Source: Naegleria gruberi
Lineage: Eukaryota
Assembly (NCBI GenBank): GCA_000004985.1
Contig: GG738915.1
Reading direction: 5' to 3' (one strand)
Length of the DNA: 64,000 nucleotides
Shown: positions 30,962 to 45,129 of the stretch, one piece after another
How positions within the stretch are numbered: the stretch's first letter is position 1
Layout: each line of letters begins with the position of its first letter
Notes under the pieces: generated by a model
What the model was told of the DNA's origin: nothing
Database searches by the model: none
The model's input: only the letters and a program-made list of their open reading frames with translations
Program-made: the position numbers and the translations under genes

Positions 30962-31084
30962 TTCGTGATCCAATGTAAAATACTACCATTACCATTATTT
31001 CAATAAAAGTTCTAGGTAAAGTGTAATTATCATAGATTATTTCTTATTACAATTTGACTGTCATAATTAAGAGCAGTCAAAATT

Positions 31085-31966
31085 TCAATCATCCTGACCA
31101 AAGAATGTATCCATCAAATCATCCAATTCGTCTTTACACTCCTTAAGATCATCATCTATTGTTTCTAGAGATGATGTTAATTCTGAGAGATCATTTGTAG
31201 ATTCGTTTTCATTATCTTGATTGAGAAATTTCCTCAAATGTTTTGTAAATTCGAGGCGTACACTCCTTTTTAGAGAGTACAACTCTTCTTCATCAACAAG
31301 GTCGGCCACTTCATCTTCATCGAGCTCATATTTCTTTCTGTTGTGTTCTCTTTTTTGTTTGATTGATTCCTTTGTAGGATTTGCACCATGTGCATTAACA
31401 ATTAATCCATTCTTTATACTCAACCCACCATTGTCACCTGATTTACTGTTCACTTTTTCTGCCAATTTCTCAAAATCAGTTCTCACTCTATCGGTATCCA
31501 ATCTAATTCCATTGAATTGAGCAAGACTTTGCACACCCAACATTCTTTGAGTTTGAATGTACAGTTGAGCAAAGTTTTTACCAGGTAAAATTCCAGCTCT
31601 ACCAATTGTACTCCAACTTCCAACTCCAAATTTCATTATACCAAGACGAAGTATTCTATTTTCCTGTTCATTCCAACCAGGAGCTTGTGAAAAATTGAAT
31701 AAACTTTTACTTTGTACGACACCTTTTTTCCTTCCTTCTCCTCGGGATGATGTTGACTTCTTTTTAGATGTTGATGTCGTCGATGTTACAAGAGAATCAG
31801 ATGATGACGCTTTTGAAGTAGTGTGAATATTCTTGTCATGATCTGTTAGTGTTGATGAAGATTGTGTTTTTCGATTTGATTTTTCATCGTCTGTAGATTT
31901 TACTTGACGTTTTCTCTTCATTTTTTTAAAATTAGATTTGGCGCTCGAATTAACTACATTTTTCAT
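31085..31966 (-). CDS. Myb/SANT-like domain protein with basic Ser/Thr-rich N-terminal region and acidic C-terminal tail
   Basis: Track ORF 31085..32065. The more likely start is the ATG at 31964-31966 (MKNVVNSSAKSNFKKMKRKRQ...), because the upstream extension overlaps the dynein gene's first exon on the opposite strand. The Myb/SANT-like block is GWNEQENRILRLGIMKFGVGSWSTIGRAGILPGKNFAQLYIQTQRMLG. Confidence 0.65.
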   Translation of the reverse strand: MKNVVNSSAKSNFKKMKRKRQVKSTDDEKSNRKTQSSSTLTDHDKNIHTTSKASSSDSLVTSTTSTSKKKSTSSRGEGRKKGVVQSKSLFNFSQAPGWNEQENRILRLGIMKFGVGSWSTIGRAGILPGKNFAQLYIQTQRMLGVQSLAQFNGIRLDTDRVRTDFEKLAEKVNSKSGDNGGLSIKNGLIVNAHGANPTKESIKQKREHNRKKYELDEDEVADLVDEEELYSLKRSVRLEFTKHLRKFLNQDNENESTNDLSELTSSLETIDDDLKECKDELDDLMDTFFGQDD

Positions 31967-31985
31967 AAAAACAACAACAAGAAAA

Positions 31986-34900
31986 ATGAGAGAAACAAAG
32001 AGATCCCCATCCGCTGCTTCTGCCCTTGATGAGAGTGCAACGGTGCAGGGACTTAGTAGATTCAAACACTTTCATAGTGCAAGTGCTCCCGAATCTTTAG
32101 GAGTAGATAAACTTGAGGTAAGTGAATTCAAAACGAGGAAGTAACCAACAAGCTCTCTTATAGTACAAACCTAAGAATACATACAACGTTAGACCAAAAA
32201 CTACAATACAACCTCAAAAATTAAAGATACCTAAGGAATTACAACAATTTAATCATTTAGACCCATCTAGAAACACAAGTACAAAGAAGAGGTAAGAATA
32301 TCATAACTGAAATCAATTATTAAAAAATGATTTAATTAAACAGAGAAACTAGTACTACAACAACAAAAAGAGCATCAGCACAAGAAAAATCAAGAAAAAC
32401 ATTGGAAGAAAGACCACCAAAACAAGCCAAATATACTACCAGTGTCAGTAGATTGTCTGAATTGAACTCTTTGAATGTTAGTGCTAGAATCGGAGCCCTC
32501 AAACAAATGGATGTTGAAGAAGGAACAATTGATGTAGCTAGTTACCCAAGACTTTTAATTATTAACAAGGAATTTTCGGAAGAGGAAAAGGATATCATCA
32601 TGAGTGGGTATGTATTAATAAGAGGAATTTAATTAATAATTATGAATTGAACAGACAAGAGATTGAAAGCAAGAGCAAATTTCTACCATTAGAATTGTTT
32701 GATGACGAAGAAATATTTGAAAAATTCACTATTGAAGATCTTCTTTCGAATAGCTACATTGTACAGTCTAAGTTTTATACTGGCGCCAAATCAGCTTATG
32801 AAAAATCTTATAAGGTTTGTTTCATATTATTACTAGTGATCTAATCAAAAAACAGTGGGCTCGTTGCAGAGTTCTTGAATATAATCCTGATGAAAGAAGT
32901 TTCCTTATTGAATGGTTAGATTCTCCAAACACAACTGGATATGAAATTACAACAACTGATGAAAACAATGACTCTCCAACCACTACTAATGGCAGAAAAC
33001 AAAAATGGGTAAAAAGATTGAATTTATTAGTTCATGGAGATGAAACTTTTGAATTGAGAATAAGATTTGCACAAATGAGAAGAAAAAAGTTTGAAGAGAA
33101 AATGTTTTATTATCTTCAAATTGACAAGACTATTACTGATGACTTGATAGATATTACCCCTTTTGAAAAACAAATTTATGAAAAAATTTTGAAGCTTGTT
33201 GCAAATGAATCCCAATTCCTTTCTAGGCATGTTCCAGTCATTGAAAAATATGTTGATGAAGCAAAAGAGCATTACAAAATTTCAATGAAAGAGGCTATAT
33301 TTTTGTATTATCTGAACAGTAGAGAAGAATATGAAAAGTATGAAAAATATTTATGGTGCAAAGAAGAGCTAAGGAAAAATAATATGACAGCACCATGTTC
33401 TGGTGTTATTGAGGTACCAGCCTATAACTATCAAGCCATTCACGATATTATTGAACAAAATATCTTTTATACTCACCTTGATTTGATAACAGCAATGCAT
33501 AATATTCACTCTCAATTATTTATTTTGCTTAAAAGCTTAAAGGAAGATGGAAAGAGTATGGACTTGATTACAACACAAAAATGTGATACTCCTTGTGAGT
33601 TAGGATCATTTTTGGAGCTCCAAAGAGATACATTACAATTATCCATGAAAAGAATTAAGGAAGATTGGTGCCAAAAAGTTATTTCGATAGTGCAAAATGA
33701 TCTTGATAGATTTTTCAACTTTTTCGAAGATGATATTGAAAGATTCGAAAGCTCTAGAATGAAGAAGTTCTTGAGATTGACCAATTTCGTTCTTTCAGCT
33801 CAGTTAAGAGATTATGTTTTTGATGAACTTCACAAGTTGAGAGACTTTATAATACCTTATAGATACAGAGGATCGGATCATTTTGATGCCAATGAAGTTT
33901 CTGGATTTGAACCTTTATTTATTATCAAGATTGTGGAGAAAATTGAAAATGGAGAATCTAAGATTGCATTCGATCCTCCACTCGAATCTGTATTAGATGG
34001 CTTACGACAAATATTTTATGGAGTGCTGGAGGAAACCAATTTTATTCCAGGTATAGGAGAGACTCTCTTCCCATTATTGACTCTTAAGCCAGAACAATAT
34101 TGTATAAATAACTTAGAACTAAGATTAGAAAAAGACACAAAAGGTTTATGGAAAGATATTCAAGAAGTAATTACTTCCAACTTTAGAGAACCAGAAATGT
34201 TGCTCTCCTTATATAAGGGATATGAACATTGCTTAAAGTTGGATCCAGTCGCGTTTGCTACAGAATTTTATAATGAACATGTTGGCAAAACAGAAATGTC
34301 AAAACTTCTTTCAATCTTTAGAGAAGAATTGGCAAGACTTAAAAGTGATTCAGAAGAAGTGTATAACATTTCAACTGATAATGTCAATTTCAACTTATTG
34401 CGAGTAGATTGCAGTGGTATCAAAAACTCACTATATTTGAGAACCGATGGTACTGCAAAAGAGTTGATGAAATTAATATCAAAATGGAGTACTGAAGAGA
34501 GTAGTAAAATTACTCAATCTTTCCGAGATGTATATAGCAAAGTTCAAATCATACCTCAAACTGCTGAAGAACTGGACTCTTTAAAGAAGTACTTAACAGA
34601 TTGCACAAAGGAAATTGAAAGATTACAATCTCAATTCGCAACAGTCAAATCAAGTGTCCATTTACTCTCAGATTTTTCATTCAACCTCGACATGGATGAT
34701 TTTACAGTATTTGTAGATACTCATTCATGGCCAAAGAAGGTTTATGGACTTCTTGAGGATAGTACTATTAGACTTGAAGAAGACAAGAGAAAATTCATGG
34801 ATGAATTACAAAGAGATATCAATAATCTTCTCAGCAACTTGGATTTATATGAAAAGATTATTGAACGATTTGCTGTTTTCGATGATTTAGAAAAGACAGA

Positions 34901-37900
34901 CCAATACTATGAAAAGGTAAAGGATATGGAATCTAAATTGGAGGAAGCAAAGAAAAATTCCGAATTGTATAATAATCGTGAAAGAATGTTTAATATGAAC
35001 ACAACAGAATTTTCCAAACTGAAGGACTTGGAGAAGAACTTTAAACCTTACTTTGACTTATGGAGAATTGCTTATGAAAAGGCACAAAACTTTCCAAAAT
35101 GGAATGAAGGCACATTCATGAATTTGGATGCCAAGTTTATTGATGAATCATTAAGTATGTGGCAATCTACATTGAAAAATTTAGAAAAGAACTTGCAACC
35201 AAAGGACGAAACTGCAAGAATTATTACAAGACAAGTGAAGAAGGAGGTTGTAGCATTCTTACTTCACATGCCACTTATCAATGCCTTGAGAAAGGATGGT
35301 CTTAGACAAAGACATTGGCAGAAAATTGCAAAACTTCCACTTGAATTTGGAAAATCCACAGCCCAATTGGATATTGAAAGTATTAATATCATGAACTTGG
35401 GAGACTTTACAAAGATTGGTTTCGAAGAAAAACCAATTTTAGAAAAGATTATTGATATTTCTACATTGGCCGAGAAAGAAGCAGAAATTTCAAAGAACCT
35501 CGAAAAAATGTACTCTGCTTGGAAGAATGTCAATTTCCATCTTGAGAAATACGGTATTACATACAAACTTGTTGAATTGGATGAATTACAAGTCCTTCTC
35601 GATGAACAAATTGTTTTAACTCAAGGTATGAGAGCTTCTCCTTACGTAAAGGAACTTGAGACTGAAGTTATTGCTTGGGAAAACAAATTATTAGAAAGAC
35701 AAGATATAATGACCGAATGGATTAAGTGTCAAGTTGCTTACTTGTATTTGGAACCAATCTTCAGTTCTCAAGATATATCAGCACAGCTTCCTGATGAAGC
35801 AACCAAATTCGGTATGGTTGACAAAATGTGGAAGAATGTTATGGAAGTTACCAATAAGGTCAAAGTTGTCGCTCAAGTTGTTTCTGATGAAAATATGAGA
35901 GATAACTTTGAAACAGCCAACAAGAGATTGGAGCAAATCCATTTTGGTTTGAAACAATATTTGGAAACCAAAAGAAGAGCCTTCCCAAGATTTTACTTTT
36001 TATCAGATGATGAATTGTTGGAAATCCTTTCTGAAACTAAGGATCCACTCAGAGTTCAACCCCACTTGAAAAAGTGTTTCGAAGGTATTGAAAGGTTAGA
36101 GTTTGACAAGGAAGGAAAAATCGTTGCCATGCTCAGTAAACAAGGTGAGCGTATTCCATTCCAAAAGCATGTAATACCAGCAGAAAAGAATGGCAGAGTT
36201 GAGTTGTGGTTGTTAGAAATTGAAAATGAAATGAAGGGTAGTTTGAGACACTCTATTGAACAATCCATCAATGCATATGCTGCTATTGCTGGTAATATTG
36301 ACAAGAGAGGTCAATGGATTCTTGCATGGCCTGGTCAAGTGGTATTGACTGTAAGTCAACTTTTCTGGACAAGAGAAGTAGAAGAATCTATCAAAGCACA
36401 AGGTGTTAAAGGAGTTCAAAGATATTACTCCAAGATGACCAAACAACAAAAATCTCTTATTGAACTTGTAAGAGGAGAAAATTTAACTGCTTTGCAAAGT
36501 ATCACACTTGGTGCAATGGTCGTTATTGATGTTCACGCAAGAGATGTTGTTGCTGGTTTGGTGAAAGAGGCAGTCGGAGATATTTCAGACTTTGAATGGC
36601 AAAGTCAGCTCAGATATTATTGGGAAGATGTTAAAGATATCAAGGATGGAAAGAATCAAAACCAAATTGTTGTTAGACAAGTTACTGCTGAAATTAACTA
36701 TGGATACGAATATTTGGGTAATCAAGAAAGACTTGTCATTACACCTCTTACTGACAGATGCTACAGAACACTTACAGGTGCTCTCCAATTATTTAAGGGC
36801 GGTGCTCCTGAGGGTCCTGCTGGTACAGGTAAAACTGAAACTACAAAAGATTTGGCTAAGGCTATCGCTAAACATTGTGTAGTTTACAACTGTTCAGATG
36901 ATCTTACCTATGAGTCTATGGCTCAATTCTTTAGAGGTTTGGCATCAAGTGGTGCTTGGTCATGTTTTGACGAATTTAACAGAATTGAATTGGATGTCCT
37001 TTCTGTTGTTGCCCAACAAATTCAAACTATCCAACTTGCTGTAGCTAGTAGAGCCACCAGATTCTTCTTTGAAAATATGGAAATTAACATGAATCCAACT
37101 TGTGCTATTTTCATTACAATGAATCCTGGTTATGCTGGAAGATCTGAACTTCCTGATAACTTGAAAGCTCTCTTCCGTCCAGTCGCTATGATGGTTCCTG
37201 ATTATGCCTTGATTGCAGAAATTTCATTGTTTTCTTATGGATTTTTGGAAGGTCGTAAACTGGCTAGAAAGATTGTTTCTACTTATAGATTATGTAGTGA
37301 ACAATTGTCATCCCAAGATCACTACGATTATGGTATGAGAGCTGTTAAAGCAGTATTGGTAAGAGCAGGTTCATTAAAGAGACAATTTCCAGATCTTAAC
37401 GAAGAACAACTCATGTTAAGAGCATTGAATGACGTAAATCTTCCAAAATTCGTTTCTGCTGATATCCCATTGTTCAACGGTATCATCAAGGATTTGTTCC
37501 CAACTACAGAACATCAAAAGGTTGACTACTCTGCTCTTGAAAACGCCCTTATTCAAACATGTGCTGAAATGAATCTTCAACCTGTTCCTTACTTTATTCA
37601 AAAGATTATCCAACTTTATGAAATGATTATTGTAAGACACGGTTTGATGCTTGTAGGTTTCCCAATGTCAGGTAAAACAGCTTCCTATATTGTTTTAAAG
37701 TCTGCTTTGGAGAAATTAGGAGAAAAGATCAATCTAAGAGTCTTATCACCAAAGGCAGTTTACGGTGGAAATCTATACGGTTATAGAGATACAAAGACCA
37801 AAGACTGGAAAGATGGTGTTCTTGCTCTTCACTTCCAAAAGTTGAGTACACTTGCAGAAAAGGAAAGAAAATGGCTCATGTGTGACGGTCCTGTTGATGC

Positions 37901-40900
37901 TATTTGGATCGAATCTATGAACACAGTTTTGGATGACAACAAGAAGCTTTGTTTAACATCTGGTCAAATTATCAAAATGGGTGAAAACATGAACATGATG
38001 TTTGAAGTCCAAGATTTAGCTGCTGCTTCGCCTGCAACAGTTTCCAGATGTGGTATGGTTTATTTGGAAGCCGAAAAGCTTGGTTCTTGGGAGCCTTACC
38101 TAGCAAGTTGGCTGAGCAGTAAGGAATTCCCTCAAGCTCTTAGAGAATCAAAAGATTTTGAAGAAGTGACAGAATTATTTAAAACATTATTCTCCACTTT
38201 CATTCCTCCTGCTATCAAAATTTTCAAGTCTCACTTTATGGCCAAAGCATATGTTAGAGTTAAAAGTGATGCCATGTTGGTGAATTCATTGATTAACATT
38301 TTGCAAAGCTTGATGGATGAATTTGCAGATCCAAAAGTGATCCAAAATTACATTAAGGACAAGTCAATTATTCTTGAATGCCTTTTCCAATTTGCTTTAA
38401 TTTGGTCAGTTGGTATTGTTTCTGTTGATAGAGTTAAATTTGATCAACTTTACAGAAACATGCTGGAAGAAAGGGCAAGAAATAAGGTCTACAAATTCCA
38501 AATACCAATGCCAGAAAAGCCAAACACACTCGTTTTCGACTTTGTGTTTGACAAGAAGAGTAGAAAATGGGTTGAATGGACTGCCTCAGAATATGCTCCT
38601 AAATTTGCTGTTTCACCAACAGAAGAATTTAGAAATATTATTGTCCCAACAATGGACACTATTAGATTCCAATTCATTCTTAAAACACTTCTCGACCACG
38701 GTAAGCAACCATTATTTGTTGGCCCAACAGGTACTGGTAAAAGTGAATATGTAAAACAATTTTTACTTAAACTTGGAGCTGGTTCAAGTGAAGAAAAGGA
38801 ACAAAATAACGAACCAAAGTCAAACTTCCTTCCTGCCTTTATCAATTTTTCAGCCACCACTACACCAAGTCTTATTCAAGATATTTTGGAATCCAAGCTC
38901 ACAAGAAGAAAGCAAGGATATATTGGTCCACCAATAGGAAAGAAGACAATTATTTTTGTCGATGACCTTAACTTGCCAACATTGGATGATTATGGTGCAC
39001 AACCAACCATTGAATTATTGAGAGAATGGCAAGACAGAGGAGGCTGGCATGAAAAATTCAGCAAGCAAGCAGCCTTTACACACGTAGTTGATGTATTGTT
39101 TGTTTGTGCTATGGGTCCTCCTGGAGGTGGTAGAAACGAAGTAACTCCAAGATTTATTCGTCACTTCAATGTTATTGGTCTTACCTCATTTGACAACCAA
39201 ACATTGACCACCATTTTCTCAGATATTATGGATTGGTTCCTCTCATCCAATAGCATTAATACTATCAGTAAGATTTTGGCTAGACAAATCGTTGTTGGAT
39301 CCATCAATTTATTTAATAATGTAATTGAGCAATTCAGACCAACACCAGAAAAATCTCACTATACTTTTAACTTGAGAGATTTATCAAAGATTTTCCAAGG
39401 TGTTTGCAGTGTTGGTCCAAGACTTGATGGATCAGAATTGGAGAAGGTATCTCTAGTCAAGATTTGGGCCCATGAGGCCACAAGAGTTTTCCACGATAGA
39501 TTGATTAATGAGCAAGACAGAGAGAGTTTCTACCAATTACTTGATAAGGAACTTCAAATTGGTGAAATCAAATATATCATTGAAGAAACACCTTTTGACT
39601 ATAGAAATACTCTCTTCACTTCTTTAACTCATGATTCTTGCGAAAGATTCAAGGAAGTTGTCTTGAACAAGACCTCCAATAATCCAAAGGTTGCTGATAT
39701 TTCCAAACTACATAATATCTTGTCATCTAAATTGGAAATTTACAATGATTCACACTCAAAGATGGATCTTGTATTATTCAACTTTGCTATTGAACATATT
39801 GTTAGAATTGTAAGAATTATAACTCAACCTGGTGGTAATGCTCTCCTTATTGGTGTGGGTGGCAGTGGTAGACAAAGTTTAACCAAACTAGCTGCTTTTG
39901 CTGCTGAATACAAATTGTTTGGTATTCAATTAACAAGATCTTTCACTGTTTCTGAATGGAAAGATAAGATGAAAGAATTGTTGATTAGTGTTGGTGGTGC
40001 CAAGAAAACTCAAACTGTCTTTTTATTCAATGATAACCAAATCAAGTATCAAGAATTTTTAGAAGATATTAGCAGTATTCTTAACACTGGTGAAATTCCT
40101 AACCTTTTCGATAGAGATGAATATAAGGATATTTGTGAAAGTCTGAGAGCACATGCAAGAAATGAAAACAAAGGACAAACACCAGAAGAATTATACAACT
40201 TCTTTGTTGATAGATGTAAAGAATGTTTGCACATTGTTCTTTGCATGAGTCCAGTTGGTGAAAATTTGAGAAATTATTTGAGAATGTTCCCTTCATTGGT
40301 AAATTGTTGTAACATTGATTGGTTCAGCTCTTGGCCAGACCAAGCCCTTCATGCTGTAGCTCAAAAGTTTATCAAGAGCATTAACGAAGTAACAGATGAA
40401 GAATTGGATAATAATGTAGAAATACCAAAGGATGATGCATTCGAAAAAGATTTTGACAAGTATGTCGATATATGTGCCTACTTCCACAATAGTTCCACCG
40501 AGCTTTCTAAGCAATTCTTATTCAAGATGAAGAGACATAACTATGTTACACCAACAACTTATCTTGGTCTATTGAAGAACTTCTCCTCACTTGTAAAAGA
40601 AAAGAGAACCGAGTTGCAAACTTTGAGAGGAAAATTCGAGTTGGGTCTTCAAAGAATTGCTGAAACCGATAAGGATGTTAATGAAATGCAAAAAGAATTG
40701 GAAATTTTGCAACCAAACTTGATTGAACTTTCCAAACAAAATGAAGAATTATCCAAGAAGATTGAAATTGAATCTCAAAATGCAAACGAGAAGGCTAAAA
40801 AGATTGAAATTGAACAAGAAGAAATCAACGCACAAGTTGCTAAGAATGAACAAGACAAGGTATATTGTATGGAAGAATTAGCTCAGGCTGAACCAATTTG

Positions 40901-43900
40901 GATTGAAGCCCAACAAAAGGTCAAAGATATCAGTACTGCCCAAATTGCGGAAGTCAGAGGTATGCAAGCTCCTCCAGAAGGTGTTAAAATGGTCCTTAAA
41001 GCTATCTGTATTATGAAGGGTGAAAAAGTTAAAACCATTGATGATGGTCTTGGTAACAAGTCTAAAGATTGGTGGGGTGCATCCAAGGAAATGATGTCAA
41101 GAAAGGATTTCTTAAAATATATTAAGAATTTTGATATGGGAGCATTGAATCAAGAAATTGTTGGTACTCTTACACCTATTTTGGCAGAAATGGATGTTGA
41201 AAAAATCAAACGTTCCAGTGCTGCTGCCTTTGCCCTTAACGAATGGTTGAATGCCCTAGTTAAATACTTTAGGGTTAACAGTGTTGTAGAACCAAAGAGA
41301 CTTGCATTGCAAGAAGCTGAACAAAAGTGTGCTGAAGCCGCCAGATATCTTGCTGAAAAGAAGAGGGAATTGGCTGAAATTCAAGGAATGATTGCACTCA
41401 AAGAAACTGAAAGAAAAGAATGTGAAGCAAAGAAGAATCAACTTGAACATGAATACCAACTTGTCAGTGTAAAGTTAGAAAGAGCTACAAAACTCATTGG
41501 TTTATTGGAAGGAGAAAAATTGAGATGGCAAGAAACATTAGCTAAAATTATGGAACAACAAACATGTATTAATGGAGACGTTATTTTAGCCTCAGGTATT
41601 ATTTCCTACCTTGGAGCCTTTACTTCTGAGTACAGAAGAAAGATTCTCAAGAAGTGGTCCAACAAATTGACCCAACATGGTATCAAATTCTCAGAAAATT
41701 TCACACTTTCAACAACTTTGGCTGAATCTATGGAAGTTAGAAATTGGATTATCAAGGAAGGTTTACCATCAGATGACTTTTCAGTTGAAAATGCTACTAT
41801 TGTCAAGAGAACTACCAATATTTGGCCACTGTTCATTGATCCACAAGGTCAAGCCATGGCCTGGATTAAGGAGAAGGAAAAACAACAAAAGAAAGATGCT
41901 GATTCCTTGTTAATCATTCAAATGTCCAACCCCAGTCTTATTAAGAGTTTGGAAAAGGCCATTACTCAAGGAACTACAACTATTGTTGAAGGTGTTGGAG
42001 AAGAATTAGATCCAGCATTGGAACCACTCTTAACTCAAAGAACTTATTACATTGGAGGTGTAAAGTATATCAATCTTAGTGATACTCCAACAATTTATAA
42101 TGATAACTTTAAACTCTATTTGGTTACTAGTCTTTCAAACCCTCACTATCTCCCTGAAGTTTCAACTAAAGTTCAAATTATTAACTTTATGATTACACCA
42201 AATGGTTTGGAAGAGCAATTGCTTGCTATTGTTGTCAAGATTGAAGAAAAGAAATTGGAAAGTGAAAAGAACAATTTGGCTGTACAGAATGCTAAATATC
42301 AAGAACAATTGAAGCATTACCAAGATAAGATTTTGCAATTGCTTGTTGAAACAACAAAGGAAAAATGTTGGATGATGACACTGTCATTAATACCCTCTCA
42401 TCATCAAAGCAAACCTCAAGAAAAATTGAACAAAAACAAATTGAAACAAAGAAGACTGAAAAGGATATTGATACCAAGAGAAACCTTTACCGACCAGTTG
42501 CTGAAAATGCAAGTACCTTATTCTTTGCTATTTGTGAATTGCCAAACGTTGATCCAATGTATCAATATAGTTTGAACTGGTACCAAGATTTGTTTACCCA
42601 ATGTGTAGTTGAATTGCCTCACGAAGAAAATAGATCCACCATTCAAAAGATTGAACAACTTAGAGACTTCTTTACTCATCAAATGTATACCAGAGTATGT
42701 AGATCATTGTTCCAGAAGGACAAGCTACTCTTCTCGTTATTATTGTGTATTCAATTGATGAGAAAGAAGAGCTTGATTGATCATGAAGAGTTGAAATTCT
42801 TACTTACAGGTACTAGCTCTGTCGTCAACTCTGATGAAACCACAAGAAAATTGCCAGAATGGATCACTCAGAACATGTACAATGAGTTATGTCAAATTGA
42901 TGGAATGTCAAGTGTCTTTAAGAACTTCAAACAAGAATTTTTCAATCACCTTGAAGCTTGGAAGAAGGTTTATGATTCATCCAAGCCTAATGAAGAACCA
43001 TATCCAGATAAATGGAACAACCTCTCAATATTACAAAAGATGATGGTTCTTAGAATTATCAGACCAGACAAACTTCTTCCAGCAGTTGAAACCTTTGTGG
43101 AAAAGAATATGGATAAGAGATTTATTGAGCCAAGTCAATTCAATTTGAAGGTTTCTTACATGGAATCTACTCCTGTAAAGCCACTCATATTTATTTTGTC
43201 ACCTGGTGTGGATCCTATGGAAAATCTTCGTAAATTTGCTGACCAAGAAGGTGTAGCCTTGAAGAGTTTGTCACTTGGTCAAGGTCAAGAAGAATTTGCT
43301 ATTGAAATGATTAACCAAGGAAGCTTCCAAGGAAATTGGGTTGTTTTACAAAACTGTCACGTTTTGCTTTCTTTCTTACCAAAGTTAGAAAAGATCATTG
43401 ATGATTTCGCCAGAAATGAAAATAAGCTAGCTGCAAATTATAGATTGTGGCTCACAAGTATGCCTAGTGAAAAATTCCCAGTCAGCGTACTTCAAAGAGG
43501 TGTAAAAATTACTAATGAGCCTCCTAAAGGTTTGAGAGCAAACCTCTTACAATCTTGGAATAGCGATCCTATCAATGATGCAAAATACTTTACTGGTTGT
43601 AAGAAGAGTAGGGAATTTAAGAAGTTATTGTTCGGTTTGACATTCTTCCATTCCTTGGTTCAGGAGAGAAGAACATTTGGTCCACTTGGTTGGAATATTA
43701 GATATGAATTTAACGATTCTGATTTGAACATCTCCTTGAAGCAACTTCAAATGTTTTTGAATGGAAAGGATTCAAATGTTCCTTTCAAGGCCCTTACCTA
43801 TTTAACTGGTGAATGTAATTATGGTGGTAGAGTTACAGATGACCATGATAGAAGAACTCTTATGGCAATTTTATCTGACTTCTATAATGAGGAAATTATT

Positions 43901-45049
43901 GAGGATGGTTACCAACTTTCACCTTCCGGTATTTACACTGTTCCAAATGGAGATAAGAAACATAGTGAATATATTCAAACAATCGAAAAATTCCCATCAA
44001 GCGAAACTCCAGAAGTATTTGGTTTGCACGAAAACGCTACCATTAGTAAGGATCAAACTGAGTCTAAACTAATGTTTGATGCATTACTTACCACTCAACA
44101 AAATAGTGCTCCTGAAACCAATGATGAAGATGACATTAATGAAAATTCTCATGAAACTGAAGTACTTTACGAATTAGCAGCAGATATCTTGACTAAACTC
44201 CCTGACAACTTTATTATTGAAGGAGATGGTGGCGCAGAGGCCAAGTTCAAGGTTGACTATCACGAAAGTATGAACACTGTATTTGTACAAGAGTTAATTA
44301 GATTTAACAAACTTTTGAATGCTATTAGAAACAGTCTTCAACAATTACAACTTGCATTGAAAGGTCTCACAGTCATGAGTAGTGATTTGGAACAATTGAG
44401 CAAGTCTCTTTCAAATGGTAAGGTACCTCTTGTATGGAGCAAGGCCAGTTATCCTTCTAGAAAACCTCTCAGAACATATATCCAAGATTTGATTAAGAGA
44501 ATTGAATTCTTTAATAATTGGTTTATTCATGGTAAACCATCAGTGTATTGGTTGAGTGGTTTCTACTTTACCCAATCATTCTTGACAGGTGTAAAGCAAA
44601 ACTTTGCCAGAAAGAATAAGATTGCTATTGACCAAATTGATTTTGAATTTGAAATTTTGGACAAGTACTATGAAGAAAACATTTCCTTGCCAGAACCAGA
44701 ATGTGGTTGCTATGTTTATGGATTGTTCTTGGAAGGTGCTGCTTGGGATAGAAAGAAGAAGTGTTTGACAGATCCAAGACCAAAACAATTGTTTGATGAA
44801 ATGCCAATAATTTGGTTCAAACCTGTAGATCGTAGTGTTGAACAAACAGAACCAACAAGTTCAGAGGTTAAAACCAAATCTAATACCTATGTTTCACCAC
44901 TCTACAGAACTAGTGAAAGAAGAGGTACCCTCACCACAACTGGTCACTCGACTAACTTTGTGATGAGTATCAAGTTGCCAATGGCCTCAGATAATAATGA
45001 AAAGTATTGGATTAAGAGAGGATGTGCCTTACTTTGCCAACTTGATTAA
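31986..45049 (+). CDS. Dynein heavy chain, about 4270 aa; class undetermined, with size and tail length suggesting an axonemal or IFT-type motor; 5 exons plus one apparent -1 frameshift
   Basis: The main exon is 32856..45049; this corresponds to track ORFs 32817..42575 and 42365..45049. AAA1 P-loop is GPAGTGKTETTKDLAKA and Walker B is SCFDEFNR. AAA2 is GFPMSGKTAS, AAA3 is GPTGTGKSEY and AAA4 is GVGGSGRQSL. The coiled-coil stalk, AAA5/6 and the C-terminal domain are present. The upstream exons E3 32344..32607 (donor GTATGT) and E4 32655..32814 (donor GTTTGT, 41-nt intron to acceptor AACAG at 32855) are phase-consistent. The TACTAG pseudo-acceptor at 32836 was rejected because it creates a stop. 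E1 31986..32117 (MRETKRSPSAAS...KLE|GTAAGT) and E2 32227..32291 are tentative. Around 42357-42365 the reading frame shifts by 1 nt inside an A-run (see findings). Confidence 0.8.
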
Positions 45050-45129
45050 TTTGTATTAAAATAAAACATTAGAAAGATAAATAAATTAATGTTATTTATG
45101 TACATTAGAGTTAGAAAGTTAGAGAAAAA

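Noticed and set aside
32831-32837. TACTAG as the 3' splice acceptor of the dynein intron after exon 4
   Set aside because: Splicing there places TGA in frame. The next acceptor, AACAG at 32855, gives a phase-0 junction into the long dynein frame (WARCRVLEYNPDERSFLIEW...).
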